Made by a program: the position numbers and the translations under genes. The notes below the pieces were generated by a model that worked only from the letters and a program-made list of their open reading frames with translations, was not told the origin of the DNA and searched no databases. From Hypanus sabinus (lineage: Eukaryota), in contig NC_082714.1 in NCBI RefSeq assembly GCF_030144855.1, forward strand, positions 93,806,001-93,870,000: 64,000 nucleotides of DNA, given 5' to 3'. The stretch's first letter is position 1, and the number at the start of each line of letters is the position of its first letter. Below are positions 26,871-37,774 of this stretch, piece by piece.

Positions 26871-28213
26871 TCCATTAATCAGTTGTCACAAATAATTCCA
26901 ATTGTGTATGCTTTCATTTTTCAGATTTAGATTCAGAATGTGTCTCTCCCTATTATTGCAGTTTATCAGATTGAGAGAATGTATTAAAAAAATGCCCCCC
27001 ACCGTCCTGGGACCTCGTGACCGCGCCACCTGTACCACTTCACAAACAGGGCAGAAACAGCAGCAATTTGTGTAATTATCGCTAAATAAAGGCTGTGCAA
27101 ACCCCCTCCCGGTCCCCATGGGGAGATGACGCGGTCCGCAGCTACATCAGTGTCGCTCACAACACAAAATGTTCGACCTTATCCATTTATCCATCTCATC
27201 CTTACTCTGGTCAGCGACGAAAAATAAACATGGGGACACGGGAGAGAAAATTGAAGGTCCCTGACTGTATGAGGAAGAGGTTCAAGGGGCTGACCAGTGT
27301 CTTGCGGTCAGTACGGGGTTGAGGGAGAATTACCATATCCTAGGTTATGAACGACACGTATTCAAACTTTAATCACCATCTCCAATTAACCAATAAGAAG
27401 TAACAATAAGAGGTAATTAACCAATTCACCAATAAGAGGTAACTGCAGGATAACATTTTAGAAATAGAAACCGGCGAGTATTTCACAGTGGTGTTATTAG
27501 AGAAACGTTGATACCATATCACATAAGTCGAATTTTTAATTGGATGAATTTTATTCTCATCAATTACACAGTATCCAAAGATGGTGGCGGATTGAAGGCT
27601 GGGTGGTGATGAACTAAATCATGGAAAAGAGAAGGGAGATTGGATTTCTCACACGTGACTCACTGTTAATAACATCCTTCATCAAAGTGAGGATCAGCAT
27701 TAGAATCAGGTACAATATTACTGCCATACGTCATGAAATTTATTGTTTGTGCCCCAAAGTGCAGAGGTCCCGATTAAAATAACCATGGAATGTCATAAAG
27801 AAATAGAGCTCCACAACACCAAATCAGTCCTCTCGGTCCATGTAGGCTTTTCCGAACTGTTAATAAGGTTAAACCCGTCACTTTGGAACCAAACCATCAG
27901 CATCCATACCTCTTCGTCCGTCCACCCGAACTGCCCACCAGAAAATCCACCATAACTGCCACTATAAGTATGTAACTAAAAGGCTAAAATGTAATGGATA
28001 ACTTGGATCAATTTCGCATTCAGATTGGAAACGCTCGAAAATAAATAAATAAAGCGTCGCTGAAATTGTATGAGAAGGTAAAGGAAATCTTCTTGAAATA
28101 TATTGGAACGAAAGGCCAACGTGACAGTATTACACTCTATGCAGCTTGTATGACTAAGAATGTGGTTTTGATTCAGAAAAATGCACCGAAATCATATATA
28201 GAAATATGTATAT

Positions 28214-28427
28214 NNNNNNNNNNNNNNNNNNNNNNNNNNNNNNNNNNNNNNNNNNNNNNNNNNNNNNNNNNNNNNNNNNNNNNNNNNNNNNNNNNNNNNN
28301 NNNNNNNNNNNNNNNNNNNNNNNNNNNNNNNNNNNNNNNNNNNNNNNNNNNNNNNNNNNNNNNNNNNNNNNNNNNNNNNNNNNNNNNNNNNNNNNNNNNN
28401 NNNNNNNNNNNNNNNNNNNNNNNNNNN
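28214..28427. other. Assembly gap (about 214 N)
   Basis: Run of N, preceded by an (AT)-like stretch. Confidence 0.99.
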
Positions 28428-28499
28428 AGGAGAGGACAGGGCGGGAAAACATGTATTTAGGTTCTACACATGGAGGGATGGCGCAATCTATTATTAAGA

Positions 28500-31400
28500 C
28501 TATAAAACCATAAAACATAGGAGAAGAATTAGACCATCTGGTCTAATCGTTTGTTCCGGCATTCAATCATGTCTGAACATTTTTATAGTCTCATCCTCAT
28601 CCCCAGTTCCCGGCCTTCTCCCCGTGATCTATCATGCCATGTCCAATCAAAAACTTGTCAATCTCTGCCTTAAATACAGCAAGCGACCCGGCCTCAACAG
28701 CTGCAAATGGCAACAAATCACACAAATTCAGCACCAGTTGTCGAAAGAAATTTCCCGCATCTCTATTTTGAAAAGGTGGTTCCTCTATCCTGATGCTGTG
28801 CCCGCTTGCCCTACATCCTCCCACCATGGGAAACATTCCTTCCACTGATCTCTAGGCCTTTCAAAATTCGAAAGTTTTCAATGAGGTCCCCGCTCATCCT
28901 TCTGAATTGCAGCGAGTACAGACCCAGAGTCATTAAGCCTTCCTAGTATGATAACCCTTTCATTCCTGGAATCATCATTGTGAACCTGCTCTGGATCCTC
29001 TGCAATGGCAGCACATCCATTCGAAGATGAAGGACCCAGAATTGTTCGCAATACTCAAGTTGAAGTCTCACCTTATAAAGACTCAGCATCACATCCATGC
29101 TCTTGTATTCTCCCTCTTGAAATAAATGCCAACAGAACTTTTGCCTTCCTGATCACCGTCTCAAACTGTAGTTAACTTTAAGGATGTTCTTCACAAGGAC
29201 TTCGATTTACCTCCGCTTTTCAGACACCTTTATTTTCGCTCTGGTTAGAAAATAGGCCACACGTTTATTTCTACTATCAAAGTGCATGACCATGCATTTT
29301 CCATCATTGTATTTTATTTGTCACTTTCTTGCCCATTCTCCTACCCTGTCTAAGTCCTTTGCTCAACACTACCTGCTCCTCCATCAATCGGGATATCATC
29401 AGAAAACCTGGAAACAAAACAACCTATTCCTTCATAGAAATCAGTCATTTACAGCATAAAAAGCAAAATTCCCAACACCGACCCCTGTGAAACACCACTT
29501 GTCACTGGCAGACAACCAGAAAAGTATGAATTTATTCCCACTTGCTGCCTCCTACCAGTCAGCCAATGTTCTTACCAAGTTAACAACTTTCTTGTGATAC
29601 CATAAGCTCTTAACTTGGTCAGCGGCGTCATTGTCAAAGACCTTCTGAAAGCCCAAATATACAACATCCACTGCATCCCCTTTATGCTACTTGTAATCTC
29701 AAGAATTCTAACAGGTTCCTCAGGCAGTATTTTCCCTAAAGGAACCGATACAGATTTTGTACTACGTTGTTCTGTGTCACCAAATAGTCCATCATTTCAT
29801 CATTAAAAATTGATCCTGACATCTTCCTAAACACTGATGCCAAGCTAACTGGTCTATAATTTCGTTTCTGCTGCCTTCCTGCTGCCTTAAAGAGTGGAGG
29901 AAGATTTGAATTCTTTTCAGTCGTCTGGTACCTATTTCAAAACACTAAGGTGCGATTCCTCTGGACGGGTGATTTATGTACATTTTACACTTTCTCCCTT
30001 CCTTCACACACTACAACATCACGCACACTATTATTGTCTGCCATAGTGAAGACCGACGCAAAATACTCATTTAAATCATCGGCCATCTCCTTGTTCCCCG
30101 TTTAGTTTTCTCCTGCTTCATTTTCCAGCCGTCTTATATCCACTCTCATTGCTCTTTTATTTTAACATAGTTGTAAAAACATTTAATATCCACTTTGATA
30201 TGATTTGCTAGCTTGCTTTCATATTTCACTACCCTTCTAATGATTTTTTCAGTTGATCTCTCTAGGTTTTTTAAAACTGCTCAATCCTTTATCTTCCCAC
30301 TAATTTTTGCATTGTTGAATGTGCTTCCTTTTGCTTTTACAATAGCTTTAACTTTCCTGCCAGCCATGCATGCACCATTTTATCATTTGGGTGGTTCTTC
30401 ATTTTGGGAATACAAAATGCCCTACACCTTCCTAATTTCCCCTAGAAACACACTTTATTGCTGCTCTACTGACCTGCTTGGCAGAAGCTCCTTCCTGTTT
30501 ACTTTGGCCAACTCCTCTCTCATACCATTGTAGTTTCCCTAGCTTCACTGAAGTACTGCTACATCACATTTTATTTTCTCTCTATCATATTTGAAGTTGA
30601 TCACAATTATAATGTGATCATTGTTTCCTCAGGGTTCTTTTACCTTAAGTTCCCTAATAGCTTCCGGTTCATTACCTAACACCCAATCCATTATAGCTGA
30701 TCCCCTCGTCGACTCAACGAAAAACTGCTCTAAAAAGCTATCTCTCAGGCATTCAGCAAACTCACTCTCTTCAGATCCATTACCAACCGGATTTTCCTAT
30801 TCGACCTGCATGTTAAAACCTCACGTGACTACTATAACCTTGCCTTTTCTATTTCCTGTTGTAACGTGTGGTCCATCTACCAGCTTATTTTGTGACGCCT
30901 GTATATAAGTGCCATCAATATCACTTTAGCCCTTGCAGTGTCCTAATACAACCCACTATGATTCAACATCTTCCGATCCTATGTCACACCTGATTTGATG
31001 CCATTTTTACCAGCTGAGCCATACCTCTGTCTACTTTCCTATCCCTCCATTCTAACGTGTAACCTTGGACATTCAGCTCCCAAATACAACCATCCTTCAT
31101 CCTTCACTGATGGCCACAACATCATACTTGCAATCTGCAATATTTCAACAAGATCATCCACGTTATTTCTTATATTACGTGCATTTAGTTACAACACCTT
31201 GAGAATTGCATTTGCTATCCTTTCTGATCCTGCATCCCTGATGATTTGATACTCAGCCTGCTGGCTGCAACTAAGTCTTATCTCCTGCGTGCACTTCCGG
31301 ACAATCTGGCTACACGCCCTCTCTATTTTTTCCTATCCTTCCTATCTTGAGTCCCTTCATACCGGATCGCAACAACCTGCCCAGTTAGTTTAAACACTCA

Positions 31401-31734
31401 CAACGGCCCTAACAAAACTATCTGCGAAATTATTGGTCACCTTCGGCTTCAGGTGCATCTCATCACTTTGAGCAGGTAATAACTCATCCAGAAGAGATCC
31501 CAATTATCCAAGAACCTGAAGACTTGCCCGTTGCATCAGCTTCGTAGCCACATATTTTCTACCAAATAGTCCAGTTTTTCTCAACACTCGCGCGTGGCGC
31601 AGACAGTAATCCAGAAAGTAGTACTCGGATTGTCCTACTTCTCAGCTTTCTTCGTAGCTCTCAAAATTCTCTTTTCAGGACCTCATGTCTTTTCCTTCCC
31701 GTGGAGTTGTTAACAATATGTACCAAGGAATCTG

Positions 31735-31774
<40 letters not shown>

Positions 31775-32070
31775 TCCACAAATTGAACCTCCTGTCTGTT
31801 CCCCTCTCTTTTGAGTTCCCTATCACTGCCGCTCCTTTCTTCTCTCTCTTTCCCTTCTGCACCACGGCCCCATGCTCAGTGCCTGTAACCCTGTCGCCGT
31901 GGCTTTCTCTCGGGTGGTCATCCTCCACAAAAGTATCCAAAGCGGTATACTTGTTTTTAAAGGGAATGGCAAAAGATGTGCTTTGCTCTAACTGCCCATT
32001 TCCATTTCTCCTGACAGTCACACAGCTACTCGGCTCCTGCAACCTCGGGGTGACTACTTCCCTTTAAATT
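28500..32070 (-). mobile_element. Old CR1 LINE carried within the duplicated IgL unit (copy 1)
   Basis: Minus-strand 3'-end motif FKAEIDKFLIGHG through the ORF1 region. Colinear with 44180-47660 and followed by the same non-CR1 flank. Confidence 0.85.
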
Positions 32071-34009
32071 TGCTCAATTATATCCTCGCTTTCCTCACAT
32101 TAAGGAAGTGCCTGAAGATCCACCAGGAAACAGGTGATCTCCTGGTAATGGTATCATAACTTACGAAATAGATCGATTGGCAATCAGCAGACACGATGGA
32201 AATTGATTATCAGCAGGCCAACTGTGAAGTGATTTGCAAGAGTTTGCTGAAAAAAGAAATCCAGCTGTTCACAGTGTATATCCAAACACTTAGAAAGGAA
32301 ATTTATTGTAATATTGCTATGTTTGTTTATTATCAGGGTTATCAGGACACTACAGAATGACTTAGTTGATGTTCACTGGTTAGTAAAGCTTTCAGGGACA
32401 CAAAATACCGAATAAAATGTGGAAAACGTCAGGTGATGTCTTGAAAAAATATTATAAATTGGCGTCTTTTTCAGTGGCGAAAAGGTGAAGTCATGTGTGC
32501 AAGTTCATGTTGAAGTTTATTGCCAATTAACCATACACATGTACACAAACGAACCGCCCTGCCTCTGAGGCCAAGGTGAAAAATTCAGGAGATAAAGCCA
32601 TGCTCATTAGGTACAGTAACGTTCTAACACATGCAGCGACAAAATAGATATTAGCTCAAGTGTCTGAGTGGCAGGGCCTGAAGATCGACCATTTGACGTG
32701 AAGTTTGAAGTGTACATTTATATAATGCAAAATAATATTTATTTATCCATCTATTTAATTATTATGTATTTATTTGTTTGCTTGTATTTGAACAGTTTAT
32801 CTTATTTTGCACATTGGTTATTTGTCCGTCTTGATGTTTAGGTTTTCATTGCTTGCTTCGTATTCCTTTATATTTACTTTGAACGCACGCAAGTCAACGA
32901 AACTCGGGGTTGTACAGAATATGATGAATTACCGCACGTTGATAGTAAATGTATTTTGAGCTTTGAATGTTATAACCCTAACCCTGTGACCACGGTCTAA
33001 TTTATAGGCCTCAATTTAATCAATCAAGTGGTTTCTGCTCAGTGGTTCCCCATTTCCCCCCCCCCCCCCCGGATGCTAATGGCGAAGTAAGGACATGGAA
33101 CGTTACGGGCTGTTGGTCAGTTCCTTTCCTCTTGACAGAGGCCATTGCAGGAACTAATGTTGTCAGATTGATGTTTGCTCCTACCAGCCTTGTCTGACTA
33201 TTTTCGGAGTCTTGCTCCATGCCTCAATAATGCACTGTCAGAAAATTATATGAATGGGGTTTTAGAAGAACGTTATCGGACGTAAACGGCGACTATCTAT
33301 TTCCCAGCATAGATGCCGCCTGACCCGTTCAGACAATCCAGCTCTTTCTGAGTTACTTCAGATTTCAGCATTGGCAGCCGTTTGCATCACCCATGCAATT
33401 ATTTCTGAACCTCCCTAATTCCCAACTAATGATATGCAGAAGATTCACTGCTGACAGGAGCACTGGATTGATTGAGTTCCACTGCTACGCCTTTGCATAA
33501 CGACTGACTCCAATGTCTGACGTTAAATGAAATACTGCCTAGTCCCGCTTTAGAGACTTCAGGGAGAGATAGAGAAAAAAAAACACAACACTGGTTGGTT
33601 GGGAGCTACGCGTATTCACGACAACGTTTAATCCCTCAAAAGCAAAGCGGCGGCTTGTTTTCTGCAAGAATGACATATTCTCAGATACGAACCGATGCAT
33701 TGTCGAAGTAATTCTGGGATGGCATAGGCACTTTGTAGAAATTTGATGTGACCTTGAAAAGTTTTGTTCTCATCAGGCATTCTAAACAGTGAGGAGGAGC
33801 CGAGTGACAAGGGGCCACCATCACCCACACCCACTGTTCCGGAGGGAAGCAGCCGAAACAATGTCTAAAATCACTTTATCCTGAGTATTCTCCAAAGTTC
33901 TACAGGCCTGTTACAACTGAAGATAAAACAATCTTGAAATTAGGGGTATAAGGTTTTAGAAATCAACAAGATGGCCATTCAAAGGTTCCGAATGTCATCA
34001 GGTCAATCT

Positions 34010-34050
34010 CCGCCCACTTTCTTTCCCTGGCGCCGCCCACTCATTTACAT
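34010..34050 (+). promoter_or_regulatory. IgL promoter, copy 1: two CCGCCCAC boxes + variant octamer ATTTACAT
   Basis: CCGCCCAC at 34010-34017 and 34033-34040, ATTTACAT at 34043-34050, about 130 bp 5' of the leader ATG. Identical motifs occur in copy 2. Confidence 0.6.
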
Positions 34051-34178
34051 TCCAATTAATAAACAGAGACGGACACCCCAGTTTGTAGACTCTGGAACCA
34101 GAGCGGTTTCCGAAGCTTGCAAAACAGCGCATGGTTCGGTCAGAATTTTTGGTTCGTTGTCTGCACCTGTCCGGAGGA

Positions 34179-34227
34179 ATGTCCCCAGCGCTGCATCTCC
34201 TGTGGGTTCTGCTGGTTCATCTTCCAG
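34179..34227 (+). CDS. IgL copy 1 leader exon (MSPALHLLWVLLVHLP-G; in-frame upstream ATG at 34131)
   Basis: Hydrophobic signal peptide followed by a phase-1 GTGAG donor at 34228. Confidence 0.85.
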
Positions 34228-34334
34228 GTGAGAGTCGGATTTGTTCACGCACGGATTATTCGTTACAATTGGGATTGCTGTTGATTTTTATTTTTCTCCA
34301 AGTCACCCAGTGGTTTTATTGTGCTTTACTGCAG

Positions 34335-34688
34335 ATATCCACGCGGCCCCAGTGCTCAAGCAGACCCCAATGTCACGACATGCTTCCGCGGGTCAAACCG
34401 TCCGCTTAGAGTGTCGGATATAGAACGGTAATGTTCGCAGTTACAAAATGTACTGGTACCGACAGCGTCCCGGGAAGAAACCGCAGTGGGTGTTAGTACA
34501 TTACCCAAGCAATAGCATATACCGAGGGACGGGGATCAGAAACAGTTTTCAACCGTCCAGAGACACCTCCAGCAACAGTCACATCCTGACGATTAGTAGT
34601 TTGCAGCCCCTGGATTCCGCCGCCTATTACTGTGCAGCCTGGGACTCTGGAGTTATCTTCGGTCCAGGCACCATCCTGGATATTAAGA
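34335..34688 (+). CDS. IgL copy 1 pre-joined V-J exon (interrupted by TAG)
   Basis: (D)IHAAPVLKQTP...LECRI*NGNVRSYKMYWYRQ...DSAAYYCAAWDSGVIFGPGTILDIK. Acceptor TGCAG ends at 34334 and donor GTAAGT starts at 34689. Confidence 0.93.
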
Positions 34689-36335
34689 GTAAGTGACTCC
34701 GTCATTCTGTTACAAACAATTCCTACTACAGCCACTCTCATTCCCCACATCCGGATAGAATTCCGTCCAGAGAAGGCCTCTCGGAGGTGCCATCCGTTTC
34801 TGGTTGGCACCAGTTGCCGTTCAGCCCATCGAGTCAGTCTCAACAATGAAATTAATGATTGTTTGAATTGTGAACATTTTGTTTTTTGCTGGACGCATTT
34901 GATATACTTCAGTTGGTGTAGCAGCATTCAATACTTTCCGACGTCCTTTGTCCTTAACACAGTAGCCCCCGAGCATTTTATGCATTGGTTTATTTTGGCT
35001 TCTTTTCACAAGATGCAATGAAAAGTTTAACCGGCCTACTGTCCATAACAGCCACACAGGAAATGCAATGCAGAGAGATAATTTGCAACTTCATATAGAG
35101 GTGGACTGTGAGGTCAATCGTCCATCTTATCGTACCAGAGAACCATTCAATAGTCTTATTACAGCGGCGCCTCTATTATGTCATATTAAACCAATCCCTG
35201 CTGTCTACACTTACTCTATATCTCTACATTCTCAGCACACTCTTGTCTCCGTCTAACACTTTCTTAGAATCCCCCAACGAATCTGCCTTCTCCACTTCAT
35301 GCACCCTCCACTCTGTATAAAAGTAAATATTCGTGGACCTTCTCCAGTAAAATTCACTCCTCTCGTCCAAGATTTCTGGTCTCGGAAAAAATCTTGACTG
35401 TCGATCCTATCATTCTTTCCCATACTGTCTTGAATAATGTTCACAGATAATTTGAGGAAATGATCGCTACCACGAGCATGACATCTATCCTTCCCTCTTC
35501 ATTCATCACTTCTGAGAACATGTTTGTCGCGAATATTCCATATTTTTTCTGGGTGCCGTAAATCCTGGACCACAAGGCAGGATGTTCACAGCTTCAAGTT
35601 AACGGAATTCAGAGTCTGTGGTTAAGAACCGTGTCAATATGATTGTAGAAAACACAGGAGAAGAACATCAGTCTTTAAAAATAATACACGAGGGGTAGGT
35701 GCTGGGCAGAAAGGAGGCTGGTCACAGAGTCGAGCGGCAATAGACCGGGTTACCATAGGTTCGGAATGCAGTCAGAGTCTGAACGAGTGGTTTCGCCTCT
35801 TCCCGCTTCTCACCGGTTCACAGGCTGCTGTTTTTTTTCCGTCATTTCCTCTTCATCCAGTAGGTCCCGAGTCTTGGATATTCACTGAGCTTTCCCGACG
35901 TCGGGACATCCCAAAGAGCCTTTTTCTATCATTAACTAAAAGTGTACTGTTCTCAGTTATTGCCCTAAGACTTCAAGATTTGGGGAGTTATTGGAGGACA
36001 AAGAACTGGTCTCAATAAAGGGAACAATCATATGGGCACGGTGTGGGGATTGAGCGAAGAACTTGAGTAGTGTTGAGGTTATCTTTTAACACAATGCGGT
36101 CCCGAGAGCAGAGTGGATTCAAAATCATTTTCTGAAATAAATAATGTCACGTCGTAGCCGCGCAATGCTGAACTATTCCGCGCTGCTATTCACTCAAAGG
36201 TTTGTACCCGAGGGGTCAAATGTGCCGTATATAGTGTCCCAAGGCCTGTGCGAATTTCGGCGCTGGTGTTTTTATCATTAAACAGTCCACGAACTAACAT
36301 TATGTCTATTCCTCTTCGTCTGTTCTCTCCAACAG

Positions 36336-36664
36336 GTAGCGATTCTCGGGAGCCATCAGTTCTCCTGCTCCCTCCATCTCCGGAGGAGACGCGCTCGGGT
36401 TCGGCCACTCTCTCCTGTCCGGTGAGTGGTTTTAAGCCGGGCTTGGTAGCGCTACGCTGGACCGTGGATGGAATCGAAACGGAGAGTGGGGTAACGGCAG
36501 GCGCCGTGCCCCTGGACACCGACCAGACCTACAGACTGAGTAGTTACCTGCGGGTTCCCGCCGCTGCCTGGAACAAGGGCTCGAGCTATTCCTGCAGCGT
36601 GAGTCACAGCTCGCTGAGCTCGCCGCTGCGCAGCACCATCTCTTCGTCCGCCTGTGCGCAGTGA
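36336..36664 (+). CDS. IgL copy 1 constant exon (open frame)
   Basis: SDSREPSVLLLPPS...ATLSC...W...YSCSVSH...SSACAQ*. Polypyrimidine acceptor ends at 36335. Confidence 0.95.
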
Positions 36665-36897
36665 GAGTGTTCCGGCTGGCAGCACACGCGGATTATTTGC
36701 TCTTGTTTAGTGCAGTGAAGCAATGACTGGGTCTGTGCAGCAGCCCATTGAAATGTAATTGTGTAGTAATATTCGCTTATGGAAACAGGCAGAACGTTTA
36801 ATTAATTGTCCCGAGTGTGCTGTATCAAATCTACCGCTATGTGTAGAATCAAGAACAATCTCCTTTGCTGTGATTGGAACTTGTGTAACTAAATTAA

Positions 36898-36940
36898 GAT
36901 AAAAGAGGAAACAGTGGTGGATTTATCGTGTCTTTTCTTT
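36898..36940 (+). terminator. Probable poly(A) region of IgL copy 1 (variant hexamer GATAAA + GU/U-rich downstream element)
   Basis: GATAAA at 36898-36903, then TTTATCGTGTCTTTTCTTT. The homologous position in copy 2 has AGTAAA. Confidence 0.35.
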
Positions 36941-37774
36941 ACACGGCTGCTGGCAGTACGTTGTGGGGAATCGACGCGGATTACGTGCGGTCTAGGAGCC
37001 TCAATCAAACTTAAAGTTTAATCGACTCCGACATATTATTCCGTTTTTTGATCTCTGTGCCCTGAGCGTTCTTCTGCCGTCAGTACTCACCTCCCACAAC
37101 CCCCTTCCTCCGTCCCCTCCACAACCGGAACTTTCTATTCCTTGTCGTCCTGCATTTCTGCTCTTCATTTACAACCATCCCTGTGGGAGGGAGATCAACA
37201 TTCTCACCGCCTTTTGGTCAAGTCTTCCCACCACTGGGAGTGTGACACTGTAGGGATGTTTCCCCGTGACTTGAACATTCTCTCCATCGATTCCGTTAGT
37301 TCCTGAATGACGGCCACAGGCCTCACTTCCCGCCCTGACACCACCGCCACCACCCACCACACCCACACCCACACCAAAACCCACACATTAGCTTCCATAG
37401 CTCATGGCTATCTTCAAAGTTTAATCTAAATATGTTATCAAAGTCTGTATACATCTTCATGTGCGACCGCGAGTTTCATGCTCTCACAGCTATTCACAGT
37501 ATTATAAAGTACCATCGATGCAATGAAAAACTATACACAAAGACTGAGAAGCACAAATGCGAATAACCGCAAATAAGTGGATAGATAGAAAGAGAGACAG
37601 ATAAGTAAATGAATAAATACAACACACATAAATATATGAATCAATTAAATTCAATCAATCATAAATACATAAACAAATGGATAAAGTGATAATGGGCAAA
37701 TACATATATAATACTGAGGACATTAGTTTGAAAGTGTGTCTATAGATTATCGAATCAGTTCAGAGATTTGGCGA

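Larger units (their letters stand above)
34179..36664 (+). pseudogene. Immunoglobulin light chain gene, germline-joined VJ, type I/NS5/sigma-cart-like (copy 1; one in-frame stop)
   Basis: Exons 34179-34227, 34335-34688 and 36336-36664, all joined in phase 1 by canonical GT/AG introns. V has Cys, WYRQ and YYC. J has FGPG. C1 domain has both Cys and Trp and a C-terminal Cys. In-frame TAG at 34421-34423. Isotype assigned from remembered similarity to shark/skate type I chains; a BLASTP would confirm it. Confidence 0.9.
28540..37410 (+). repeat. Segmental duplication unit, copy 1 (paralog about 44185-53958)
   Basis: Continuous colinear similarity over the CR1 relic, shared (CT)n, upstream region, poly-C tract, IgL exons, introns and 3' flank. 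Confidence 0.92.

Noticed and set aside
26481-26930. Ser/Leu/Pro-rich ORFs over the CT tract
   Set aside because: Low-complexity artefacts.
27484-27520. CACAGTG heptamers (also 16641 and 38434) as RSS
   Set aside because: There is no ACAAAAACC-like nonamer at 12 or 23 bp and no adjacent V or J coding sequence; at least one lies inside a TE.
28066-28518. ORFs containing X runs
   Set aside because: Artefacts of the N gap.
32971-32985. TAACCCTAACCCT as an interstitial telomere
   Set aside because: Only two units, and not conserved in the paralog.
34421-34423. Rescue of copy 1 by using the TAG as a splice acceptor
   Set aside because: Splicing the phase-1 leader there gives GAA CGG TAA, an immediate stop.
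35560-36330. J-C intronic enhancer (PU box near 35844, TGTCACGTC near 36145)
   Set aside because: The PU box is mutated in copy 2, no octamer is conserved, and motif retention does not exceed background identity.
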